This document shows positions 35,501 through 46,656 of a stretch of 64,000 nucleotides of DNA, in pieces; position 1 is the first letter of the stretch; every line of letters starts with the position of its first letter. This stretch comes from Klebsormidium nitens (Eukaryota; Plantae; Klebsormidiophyceae). The stretch spans positions 1-64,000 of the forward strand of contig DF237436.1 in the NCBI GenBank assembly GCA_000708835.1. Reading direction: 5' to 3'. Position numbers and translations under genes: made by a program. Under the pieces are notes generated by a model, which had not been told where the DNA came from, did no database searches, and saw nothing but the letters and a program-made list of their open reading frames with translations.

Positions 35501-38500
35501 AAAGAGCTGCCCCTCGTACAGGCTCATCGTCAGGCCCTTGACCGCGACCGTCGGTTTGCTCGTTCGCTTTGCGCTGTCCCGTTGCCGATGGTATCCCCCG
35601 CCCCGCCCCCGCCCGAACGGCCACCATGACGTCAGCAGAGCGACCGAGCGGCCGATGAGGCCGTGCCGGCGAGGTGGGTATACTTTCCGGAGATTGGAGA
35701 AGACGATCGCAACCTTGCCGGCGAGAGAGGGTTCGACGGGCTCTTCGTCGGGGTTGTCCTCTCGGATCGCGATTTGGAGGTCGGACCCTGGGGAGAACGC
35801 AAGGGGCGCTTCTCAGAATCTTGCGATGAGCCTTCAGGTTCAGGGCGAGCTCTTTCTCTTGGTCGTGGTAAAACAGTTGACCTATACACTCAGTGTTTTG
35901 GGAGGAGGGGCGGTTTCGCTTGCCAAGGACAGTTCGGCGTGGACTAGAGTAGACTCCGCCGTCACTCCTCGAGCACAGCACATTCCGGAAGCATGCGCCG
36001 GCTGCCATGTTCATGGGGGCTCGACGTACTCATATGAATCCCCAATCCGGGCCGGCAAACATGACCAGCCTAAGGACCTTGTCTTAGAGCAAGGTTTGCA
36101 CAGCGCTCTCTTCCCAACTGCTGATCGTTTGTCCGAACTTCTCGGTCCGTTCAAACCCTGACATAAGAACAGAGTTTTAGGCGTCTCACGGGTTGCATCG
36201 TCCTCCCCGTCGTCCCCGTCTAGTTGCTCCAGCTCCACGACCCCCCCTTCCGTGTTGCGCCGGCTGCCCAGCCTCTGGTAGCCCTCCGGGGGGGGAGACC
36301 AGTAGGCTCGATCCAGCACGAAGCTCCAGGGCCGCTTGGCTCCCCGCCCCGGGTGTGGCCACACATTGTCCAGGTACCTGGTTGTGGGTCAACGTAAATC
36401 CTTTCATAGGACGGAGGCAGTTGGGGTCTGTCTGATGACGCGTTCTCGCTTTCTTGATGTTTCCCAAAATCTCGTTGCTGAAAATCGTCGGAAATGCTTT
36501 GATGGGTGGGAATTGCTCGTTTTCTTTCGTTTGTACTACATTCCCAAATCTAGGGAACAAGGAACCATGCATCTGAGAACTCTCGACCCCATGTGCTGCA
36601 GGCTAGCAATAACATGTCGACGTTCATCCCTGAACCATTTCGAAGAGCGAGATTCCGGAAAAACGGGCGGATCTTTCGTGCAACTCGACTGCCATCAGCC
36701 CTCCACGACAAAAGGCGCCGTGACTAGCAAAGAACAAGCTGTACGCATCTTGGGAGCATGCAGAGGGAAACAAGCAGTCTCCAGCCTGCCGCTCACCAGG
36801 CCAGAAGCAAGTACAGAATCGTGTCCGTCACGATGAGGCAGAGCGCCCCGCCCACGCTGAGTGGGTGCATCGGATCGCCCGGGTCGTTCCCCACCGTTCG
36901 CGAGAAGAGGAATCCCCCGTGAATGCCGTCCCCGCTGCCCTCCGCGATCACAGTGGTGTCAATGGCCAGCACGAAAGCGACCGGGGAGAAAAGGGCCAGG
37001 ATGCCGCAGACGCCGGACGGCAGGTTGAAGAGGTCAATCGGGAAGATAGCCAGGCTGCCGAGCACCATGAGCAAAAAGCCGGCCGCGGAGGCGGAGCGAG
37101 CCTGGGGGGAGCGCAAGAGCGACAAACTTGGTTTCTGTTACCCTTACATGTTGATTGTGCTTCACAGACTGCTTTGTCTCGACTTTCGTGACAAATGAAC
37201 ACTTCGGAGCGGTTGCTTCGAAAAGCGACAGAGATGGAGAAAGTCAGTCGTTTTGACATGCGCTTACAAGAAGGCAGGAACAAATGTCCGTCGAGACGGC
37301 AAGCAAACAGATCGTGACCAAGCGACTTTTCCCCCAACGCCGCATTCAAAATGAGAACTTTCTAAGACAGCCGCGCAGCTCACCTTGGTAAAGACCGCGC
37401 TGAGGGCGAGGCCGAGGGCGACCAAGGAGAGCAGGAAGAGATACACCAGCAGGAACATGAGCGCTACGCTGGAGGCCTCGAATAGGGCGGTCGCCCATGC
37501 AATGGCCACCTTGCAGGCGGTAGAAACAGGCGGTTGGATATACGGACCGAAAATGGTCGAGAAAGCCGTCCTAAACAGAGAGATCCAAAGGTCGAGACAG
37601 CCTGAACCGCAGGCTGCCCGGGCGGAGAAGGGGGTCAAGCAGATGTAGTGCCACGTCTTACTACTCACGTCGATGCAGCAATTGGTAGTCGAGACTGAAA
37701 TCAGAGGAAGATGAGAATACTTGACGAACTGCAGAAGCAAAGGAAGCACTCGAAACAAATGGCAGAGATGGCAAGCCTTCTGCAATGTCAGGGTGGCAGC
37801 TTCTCGCTCACCACAACCGCTGTGGTGATGGCAGCTGTGACTGCGAACGTGAGCAGCCAGGCTAGCCAGTAGACGGACTCGATGAGGCCCATTTGCAGCA
37901 GGCAATCCTGGGCAGACAACATGCACGGAACCGATGAGATCCACCTTGGTGAGGTAACATGGCTGTGGAGGCTGGATGACTCCCTGTGAGAATTGATGCT
38001 GAAGTCAAGACTGCTTGGTGAGTTCGCTTCTCGAGTCGACGGCCTGCCAGGTCAGAACGCTAACCCTGACACAGTCAACAATTGTCGTAGTCAATCCCTT
38101 CAAACGTAATGCACGTTGCCTCCGAGAGAATGCTGAATGACTGCCGCTTCTAACCTAGTTCGACTTGTCTTTCCGAAGGCTGCTTATTACTTGGTCGAGC
38201 AGTGACAATCTGACTTTGGCTGCAGCTTGCAGGTTCCTCATGTCAGCCGATGGCTGCTGTGCCCCACCTTGATGAGTGCGTCCTTTTCGTGGACGATTTC
38301 GCTGGCGACACTCTGGAGGACGGGAGCAAGGGCCCACACCATGTACATGGCGGCAAACAAACGGAACCGGACCTGGAAGACCATCGAGGAGAATGGTCAG
38401 CCTCTGGCCGAGGCCGTGTACCTACCGTTGGATTCCAGCGTTCTTAGGTATCACACGGTCAAGCTGCGGCACGTGGCATGATCTGAACTCGACGAACATT

Positions 38501-41105
38501 ATCGCCCTGGCATAAACTGAACTCGACAGCATCCTTCGCTAGACCCGCTGGATAGGGAGGAAGCACAATAAGAGAGCCAGAGAGCTTTTTGGGATCAAAC
38601 GGCCATGACATCTGACGCATGCGAGGCGGGCAGCTAGCTGCGACATGGAGAGCTTTGCAATGTCCCGTTCACGTGCCCTACCTCCAAACCTTGATTTGCG
38701 TCAATTTCGAAGGTCGGATCGGTCCCCTGATGCAGATAGTCAGAACAGAGGCAGAGTGCGGAAACTCACAGATGCGAACCCCTTGTCATAGGGCGGCAGC
38801 GGCCTTTGTTGTGCGTGCATGTGTCCCAAGCCCGCTCCCGCTGCCCCACACGACTCGGGCAGCTCGGCGGCCGCAAGAGCGTGGGCCACAGCCCCTTCCA
38901 GAGCTAGCAGACCTGTCACACGGAAGGCCTGATGAACTTTCAGGGGCTCTGGAAACCTTCGAAGCTTTCAGGGATACATCTTTCGTCCAGATTATCAACT
39001 CAATAGAGAGCTCCGTCTAGACGGAGCTGGAGGGTCAATTCAGCGATCGAAGAGAATGAACGTTCCAAGCAGCTTCGAGTCGCTAGTTGTCTATTGATCC
39101 TTCACATAAAGTTTACGAAGGCTTTACCAGGAACGGGGAATTTCAGAAGAGGCTTCTCTGAAGGCCGGCAATCTCTTGAACCCGTCTATCCTGACACTTT
39201 TGAATGGTGATGCAATTTAATATGAGCGAATCCAAGGCCAACGAAGCATCAGACATGCTGCGACAAAGCATCACAGAGATTGGTGGGGTCTCACCTGACG
39301 TCAGATACTTTTGTGTGGGGCACGCGGTGGGGAACTGATAGCTGCCTGCATCTGGTGCACGGCATGAGGACTTGTCTACCGGTGAGTCGTTGTCATTTGA
39401 AGAAGGAAGGTAGGAGCCGTTGATCCTGATTGTGTACTCAATGTCTGATGGCAGTGCGGTAGCCTGCTCAGGTATGTTGAAGACCAGGCCGGCATAGACC
39501 GTCTGCATAGGAAGCCCAAAAACATAAGGGCAATGGGTATTGTGGTTGGTGGCTGCATTGGATACCTGCCTGGAAGTCTAAACTTTGGAAACCCCAACAG
39601 GTTGACTTCCCCCTTAATCTGGGCTGAGTCAGGCTTATGATCTGTCACCCAAGTCTGTCTTGCGTCTATTGCAATTTGCGGGCCGCTCTTATGATTGAGA
39701 GTCTGATCTACAGCCAAAGGTCTCATAGTACAAGGATCGAAACAAAGTCTTTGCAGTGCTTAGATTGAAAAGCGCCCTTACCCCAGCATTCTGGTTATAT
39801 GCTGTGACGAGCTCGGCTTCCGTCGCATACCCTCTAACGGTCAGCGTCGGAAGGCCGGGATAGGTGGCTTCCAGAAAGTTTGCGGCACCCTGGACGACGG
39901 TCTGAATCGCCGCCCCCGGAGGAACAAAGCCGAGCTGCATCATGCAACACAATTTTCTCGCTCTTCAGTTGCTACCACGATGAGTATGTAACAAGTCTAA
40001 TGATGCATAAGACCCTGGCCGCTAGGCGACACTCTTGCGCTGGGAATGTTAGAAGAGTACACCATACAGACTTCCATCATTTAACAGCAGATGACCATTA
40101 AAGTGTCGGTCAACTGTCAACCAGGACCTTTGAAGACTTTGAAGTTTTTGGTTCAACTTCTGTTGGAATGGAGACCTGGCATGAGTCAGAATTGGCTACT
40201 GCCACCTACCACTGTCTCTTCATAGGAGCGGTCAGCCAGCTCCCAGCATGCACTGCCACTCCCGTCCAGATTGTTGCACACAGCGTCAGTGATTGGCTGG
40301 CTGGGGAGCGCGGGCAAATTTAGCACTGGCTGCACCACCTTCATGAACACCAGCAGCAGCAATATGTACATCTGCGCAGAAAGTAAGCTTATTTCATCAT
40401 AGCCAGGCAGCTCCCAATCCATCTATTCCAACCCAGACTTGGACTCGATGTTGGCCCGGGGACACTCCCCAGAGATCAGCATCAACCCAAGAACTTGTCG
40501 AAATGATCAGTGCCAGCAAGGTGGATGAACTTCCGAGGATAAGGGGCATTGATGAGAATGACTAGATGGGGGAAAGCGTTCCCCTCTGCCATTCAGAAAA
40601 GTATAGCTTAACAGTAGGCAAATGGTGAAGGCAGTGGATTGTAGTTCCATCTTAACAATGGCACCCCCAGCTCGTCACCATGACAGCTGGCCGATGTCAC
40701 ATGCCACAAACTCTGCATTTGCCAGAACCACATTGGCTCCTGGGGAAGGACATTAAAGGAAGAAGTAGACATGACTCATGCCTGAAGTGTTCTTGCAGAA
40801 TTGCCAAACACTCAGGACCAGGGATGCAGATGATGCAACAAAAGCGGGCTGGTGGAAGAAAGTAGTCAGTGAGCACAGGTTAGGAGACGCTTCAAGTGGT
40901 GAAGTCTCATGCAGAATGAACCTCAATTGGGGCAAACAAAAGCAACCAAATGAGGCAGTGCCCTGGCTACTTTATCGGTGTTGCACGGATTAGTACCACT
41001 CACGGGCAGAAAGATTTCCTGCAACGTCCTCCCCCCATCACGCGTCTTGATCCTCCAATTGCGGAGCAGCGTGGCCTGCATTTGGACATGCCATGGAGCA
41101 GCCAT
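25192..41105 (-). CDS. ABCA: Full-size ABCA-subfamily transporter (TMD-NBD-TMD-NBD), ~1789 aa, 25 exons, both NBDs degenerate
   Basis: Exons (minus): 41004-41105, 40210-40371, 39782-39934, 39295-39502, 38770-38912, 38268-38372, 37812-37907, 37384-37509, 36797-37101, 36190-36377, 35386-35787, 34531-34889, 33602-33761, 32871-33131, 32241-32524, 31697-31837, 30788-31171, 29830-30175, 29090-29321, 28542-28755, 28082-28168, 27521-27688, 26580-26814, 26033-26141, 25192-25591; total 5370 nt, no frame break. ABCA hallmarks: QMQATLLRNWRIKTR..RTLQEIFLP, IVHEK...IK, WYLDNVWP, Walker A GHTGSGKS / GPAAAGKS, CPQ Q-loops, LDEPT Walker B/D-loops, GSSLFLKNKFG, TTLEEIF, LGSPQSIKKKYG, QPTLQQAF. Confidence 0.95.
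29518..29553. repeat. (CT)18 microsatellite in an ABCA intron
   Basis: Uninterrupted ctctct run of 36 nt. Confidence 0.97.
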
Positions 41106-41327
41106 TGTGGTCGCAGGTTGCGGCTCCACGTATCCTTTCACCTCAAAAGAAAAGTGGTCATTGGCATTGGCATGAGCGCATCAAGAGGCAAGAACGTGAG
41201 TGCTGCTCGACTTCTTGAATCAGAATTGCATTGCATGAGCACTGCATGATGATGACAGAACTTCAGGAAGAACTCGAAGCACGGCCTCTAAAGAGTCTAG
41301 TACCGTGGCAGCTGTCAGCTAGCGCGC

Positions 41328-41348
41328 CGCGCGCGCGTCTCTTTATAT
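41328..41348 (-). promoter_or_regulatory. Putative ABCA core promoter: TATA box followed by (CG)5
   Basis: Minus strand ATATAAAGagaCGCGCGCGCG about 240 nt upstream of the ATG, within a GC-rich island; a possible 5'-UTR intron 41142-41303 would remove upstream ATGs. Confidence 0.5.
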
Positions 41349-43721
41349 GGTGCAGTGGGCGCCGCGCGCCGCGCCATCGGCCGCGCCGGCTTGGGCGCAC
41401 CGCGGCCGGAGTCCACCGTGCACGCGGCCGCCACTGTCCACAGGCTCCTAGCTCTTGCGACACTGAGTGACGAACTTGGGCATACAGCACGACTGAAAAG
41501 TGATGCTTTCCAGTGGTTTGCATGTTTCGGCTGGCTTCTTGCGTTGCTAGACTGAGTCACGGTGCAAATGTGAATGCGAACTAGACGTATGTGTCAACAA
41601 TTTTCCGTTCTTCTGTTTGTCGGGAAGGCAGTCGTGCAGAAATATGATGCAGATAATGACCGGGGCTTGGAGATTCACAGTTGGAGACACCGAACTTGGA
41701 AATGTGGCCCGAGCTAGTATGCCACTGCACAATGTCCAATGAATGTTGGGTTACACGGATGTCCACATCGTAACATTCTCGCGGTTGCTTTGTTAAAAAC
41801 GGTTGCTCTGCCGGGGGTCTTTCATGCCTTACATCACGCACATCATTGTCATGTTCACGCAAAGCGGCCCTTTGGGCAAAGGACTCAAGGCATCCCCAAT
41901 TCATTGTCGGAATGATCCCTAAATCTGCTCCGGCCTACGAACTGACCGCTACAATTGTTGAAGGAAGCATGTAGGTATCAAGTTAGGTCCTTCGGTTGGC
42001 TTGTTGATGAATCCCTGGTTTGAGTGTGGTTTGAGTCTGGTCAGTAGTACATCGCCATAGCAATTTCCAACGTGGCCACGAGTTCCAGCAGCTGCGAAAC
42101 GATTGCGTTTGAAGGACACTGCATGGTCCCTGTCACAACCCTGCAGGAGAGGGGATTACTTCAGAAGAGCTTACATTCACCAACGGACAAGTCACAAAAG
42201 GCAGTTGCTGATCCTCTGCAAGACATGCCCATGCTCGATCCAACACTGACATCCGAGAAGGACCTCTATCGCTCTTTATTTAGACAGCCCAGCCATTTCT
42301 AACAAAGGCAAGTGTAGGCCCCCTTCTGTTGCGCCCCGGAATCAGCAATTGACAGAATTCGCAACTACGCAAGCTCGCTATGTAAGTTGTACTACACTAT
42401 GTTCCATAGCAGGAAGCGTGCAGCTTGAGGTGTGCGCCTGTCCACAAAGGCTTGGTTGAGGCTTGCCAAAGTCGCACCTCGAAAGAAGCGGCACAAACCC
42501 CCTTCCATTATCTCAGACACATCTTGACGGGTTCCCCACCCTTCGGAGGCCTGTTGAATACTGTTGAATTGTCTTCGTGCTAAAGCGCCATGCAGCTCCG
42601 TTGCAGGCGAGGCAGATGGGCCGGGGTCTGACTGCCGATGTTTATCAGCTGCAAGCCGGCAGTGGAACCATGATATGGCGATCTGGACGCATCCACAACT
42701 CCGAAACTAACCGGTTGATAGCACACTCAAGACGCTGCAGAGCGAATGGAAGGACAAAACTTGGGACGAGGTCAGTCGACTGCACGCTTCACTCACGAAG
42801 TCAGCGAGAAACTCCTGTCATCTATGCTTCGGTAATGTACACATCAAAGCTCGTCCCAGAAAGCCTGACAATCTGAAAGAAACCTCGTGCAGATGGATTA
42901 TCGCTAGATGAACCCAGAAAGAGTAACTTTGGTATACAGCAATATCCAGCGACTTGGTATTACGCGCTGCTGCCTGATCATATGAGATCAGGGAGAGCTT
43001 CTCAAACAAGCCAAGTCAACAGCAGTCGTCAAACCCAATCTCCGCTGGACGTATCTTTCCATGCTCCACCCGGAAAGTGTGCTGCAGTATGAGCCACCGG
43101 CACGTTTCGTATGCTTCTGAGTTCGTGAGAAAATATCCGTTAAAAAAAAAGCTGTGATTAGGGAGTCAGCTTGGACAAAGAATTTGAAACTGTTTAAACA
43201 CTAGACGAACGTAGTTTCAACCCATCGGGCAAAGGCTGGAAGTGGCACCTGGTGAAATCTATTTGGACCCGCCAAGCACAGGATCTGCCATAATCCTCGA
43301 AAGACGTTCTGCCAGAACGACGTACTTCCATAATCCTCGCAGATAGCGCGAAGGCATTTGAGATCAAGGGAAAGAAGAAAGATAACGTGCAAAAGCCTGA
43401 TCATTTGCAATTTATTAGTGCCAGAGAAGATTCAATCGACCCCTTGTTTGACGCGTGGTTTGCTAGTGTATTGGCTGGGCTGAGAATGAACTCTGGTTTG
43501 ATATTTCGAGCAAGAAAGAGTCACTTCGAAACCGCTTTCCGATTTTTGAAATCGACAAATCCGGCAGCATTGAAAGAGGACCAGCACGCAAGAGGTTTAC
43601 CTTGATCAAAGGTTCGAGCACGTTAGCTGTTGTACAGGAAATGCAGTCTGGATGGAGTCGTTCTGTTTGGCGTGGCTGGAAGGGCCGGCTGAATGCTCAG
43701 AGGACGACGACCCTCTGTGCT

Positions 43722-45901
43722 TCATGATTTGCCTTCCGACTTCTTGCTCTGAAGGGGTGCACAGAGAAAAGCATCAGCACTGAAAAAGCAGGACGAAATA
43801 TAGATTGCAGTGCTTGCAACTCCTGTTTGGCTGTGTCAACACTTCAGGATCGCTTCGATAGCGCACCAACCAACAACTGAAGCGCATGCTATTGCCACGG
43901 TGCCACCAAGGAGCTTGCCGGTTCCGCAGCTGTACTTGCGCAATTGCCCTACCTTTTTACTTTTGTGACGGTCGTCTGTCTCCTCTCCTTCTCGATGCTT
44001 CCGCTTCTGCTCAAGCAACAAACGACGACCACTGAGTCAGGGAACAGTAAAATGAATCCTTCCGGTGCGCCTATAAAGTGTTCTTCGAATCTTCCAATTT
44101 TCGAATCTTCAAGAATGCATATCCAAGCATTTAGAGAGCATGGAACAGGATTGTTAAGAGCGGACCATGATTTAGACATTCTTGTCAGCCCCTCTTTGTC
44201 ACGAAGGAGTTGATTTGCGTTAAGTTGGGGCAAGCCCTGGATGTTAGGTAAGTGAAAGGGTCAAAAATGAAATTACTCTCGGCAGATTGAAAGGAAGCAA
44301 TAGTAAACGCGCTGCACATTTCTAAAACTGATGGGGTACTCAGAAGCGTGTAGCAAAGGGGAAACCGGCAAGCCTTAGGCATCAACTTTAAGTCTTGCTC
44401 CGCAATCCATGATCCACACGCGGTGATGATGCAAAACAAATGACACCATCGTCGCCCGTGTCCGCATTGAATCGGCCACGCATCCAATGGCAAGATACCA
44501 CCAACGCACAGATATGTAGTGCAAACTTTGTAGTCGACAGCAAGCCGTGCGAAGAACTAAGCCGCATACCTTCTTCTTGTCCTTCTTGCGGTCTCCCTCC
44601 TCTCCTTCCCGATCCCTGTGCTTGCTGCTGTGCTTCTTCTTCTTCTTTTTGTCTTCTTCTTTTTTCCCGTTGCTTCTGTCCACTTCCTTGACAAGTGGTG
44701 GGGTGTAGGTTGGGGAGCCAAGATCTTCCTGTGAACACAGAAAAGTCTTCGTTCATTTCTTAGCCAGCCCCGTCCTGTAAGTTTTGACACTCGAAGCTTG
44801 TGGAGATTGTACGGGGGACATTTGAGCAATACACCGGCACCCGGCATCATAGACTTGATCCACCACACTGCCAATCAATCCACCACCCACAGATGCGCCA
44901 GAAAAGAAGATCGCATTCAAAAGAAGGGAACACCCCTATCCTTCTGTTAGTTCTATTGCAGCATAGCTACGGGATCAAATTCAACACTCATATTCCTGCC
45001 TAAACAGCAGAGAATTTCACACGCGGTGTTATAATAGAAGGGGCTAACGGTCATTTATGTTGTAGGCAATGATGACCCCTCCCTTTCTGCTCGTCCAGTG
45101 CACGTGGAAATACGAAACTAGCCACTTGCTGGCAGGACCTCAGCAGCCCTGACTGACCTGCGCCAGCTCGACTGGCTCTTCACTTCGGAAGGTGAATGCA
45201 CTCCGCAGCGCATCCAGACCCAGAGGCACAATTGGGACATTCTCAGTAGCAACGCCTGGCCAAGTCCCTTCCAGCAGCTGGCAGAGCTCCATTCCTTGGC
45301 CTCTGCGCAGAGCAGTATCGCCAACCGGCCTCTTCAAGTAGCTGGACTCGGCTATGAAGCCCGGGGGTGCTGGGGCCTGGAGGGTGTCGGCGCCAAACTG
45401 GAGGCCGCTGTCGAAGGTGACTTCAGGTGGAACTGCAATGTAGGGGAGGGAGGCATTGTGAACCTCATGAAACACTGACAATGCGGTGGAGTGGTGGTGC
45501 AATGCAAACTAAGGTTTGATCAGGAATGGGAGAAACCCCATGTCACATTACAGGTCTGGATCACTTGACCAGCATGAGCAACCTTCTTATGGACAAAGCC
45601 AGGATGTGCAGCCTTCCTAAACAGCCAGTATCTGAACCAACTAGCCCAAACCAGATTGATTGTCTGAAAATTCGCTTAACATTTTGAGCAGAGCTCAGTC
45701 CCGCACGAGACATGCATGCTTCCAACATTTTCAGAAGTTCCTTGCAGGCTGCAACAATAATGGGTTTGATGCTCCAAGAAGTCTCCACACTTGGTGGTGG
45801 CACAGGGTCTTTGGATATGCCAGCAACGCAATGCACTTGCCTTCAGTTGCTCGAAGGAGTTGGAAAGCGGGAGTCTGGACCGAGGAATTGCCGGGCTCCA
45901 T
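43722..45901 (-). CDS. MED19: Mediator of RNA polymerase II transcription subunit 19, ~205 aa
   Basis: Exons 45841-45901 (GC donor, tentative), 45707-45748 (tentative), 45158-45432, 44570-44728, 43953-44006, 43722-43748. SSYLKRPVGDTALRRGQGMELCQL and VPLGLDALRSAFTFRSEEPVEL match plant MED19 (SHYLHNVVGDTEIRKGEGMQLDQL...FDLD.L..AF.L....PVEL); Lys/His-rich C-terminal tail KKKKKKHSSKHRDR...KRKHREGEE. N-terminal exons less certain. Confidence 0.85.
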
Positions 45902-46299
45902 TCTTTGCTTTCGAAATTTGCTCGGACAATGCAGGTCGAAGACCACTGCTGCCAACGATGTCAGAATAACATTTCTCGGCAGAGTATAAAACTGTTCGTC
46001 TATCAGAAGATGCTGGATAGACGAGCCTGATGCAATAGGACAGGTTTGCAGAAAGCCAAGTGAACTCAGTATGAGCAGAAGCCGAACATGGCAAATTATT
46101 CAGCTTGTTGGAGGCGCTTGACGCCCGCCATGTTCTCTGATCGAAGGCAAAGAACATGTGAGCCATGATGCCCACGTTTGGAACGAATGAGAGACGGGTG
46201 TGCTGGAAATGGCGTCCAACCTTGGCCATCATCACGCCCTCCTTGCTTGTCCGGTAAGCGTCCTCTTTCTGAGGACAAGCACGGGGCACTGATAGGAAC

Positions 46300-46656
46300 T
46301 CCTGACCGTCCGATCACGTCATCGGTCCTTGCAGACGAACGAGATGACAGGTTACTCGTTTCCACGTGATGAGGTCAGCATGTCACGTCGTACAAAGGGT
46401 TCTAAATATAACCCTACGTTCCGAAGACCGCGGGGATGGTTACTACTAATATTTATGGTTTAAAGACTCGTATTGCCGGTTATCCGACTTGATAGTGGTC
46501 AATCTTAACCTTCTCGAACTTCTCTGCTGCTGAAATGTGACCGTATGCGGGATGACTTTCCGAGGAACCTCGGAGGAGACATCTCTCCGCCCGCGAGCTT
46601 GCTTCCTCCTCTTCTGCCCTCTTGTTTGACACGGGCGAAAACGCAGGGCCGCCACC
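46300..46656. promoter_or_regulatory. Shared divergent promoter region of MED19 and RPL14; 5'TOP-like pyrimidine tract and Kozak context
   Basis: Start codons ~756 bp apart head-to-head; CACGTG at ~46366; pyrimidine tract cttcctcctcttctgccctctt 46602-46623; gccgccaccATG at 46648-46659. Confidence 0.55.

Noticed and set aside
41500-43700. Several 60-110 aa ORFs in the ABCA-MED19 intergenic region (likewise 49400-50900, 60200-61300)
   Set aside because: No codon bias, no phase-consistent exon chains, and no transposase/RT/integrase motifs recognised.
46221-46268. Exon-like block KEDAYRTSKEGVMMAK upstream of MED19
   Set aside because: Its phase-0 end and weak GTTGGA donor do not connect in frame to the downstream exons; more likely 5' UTR.
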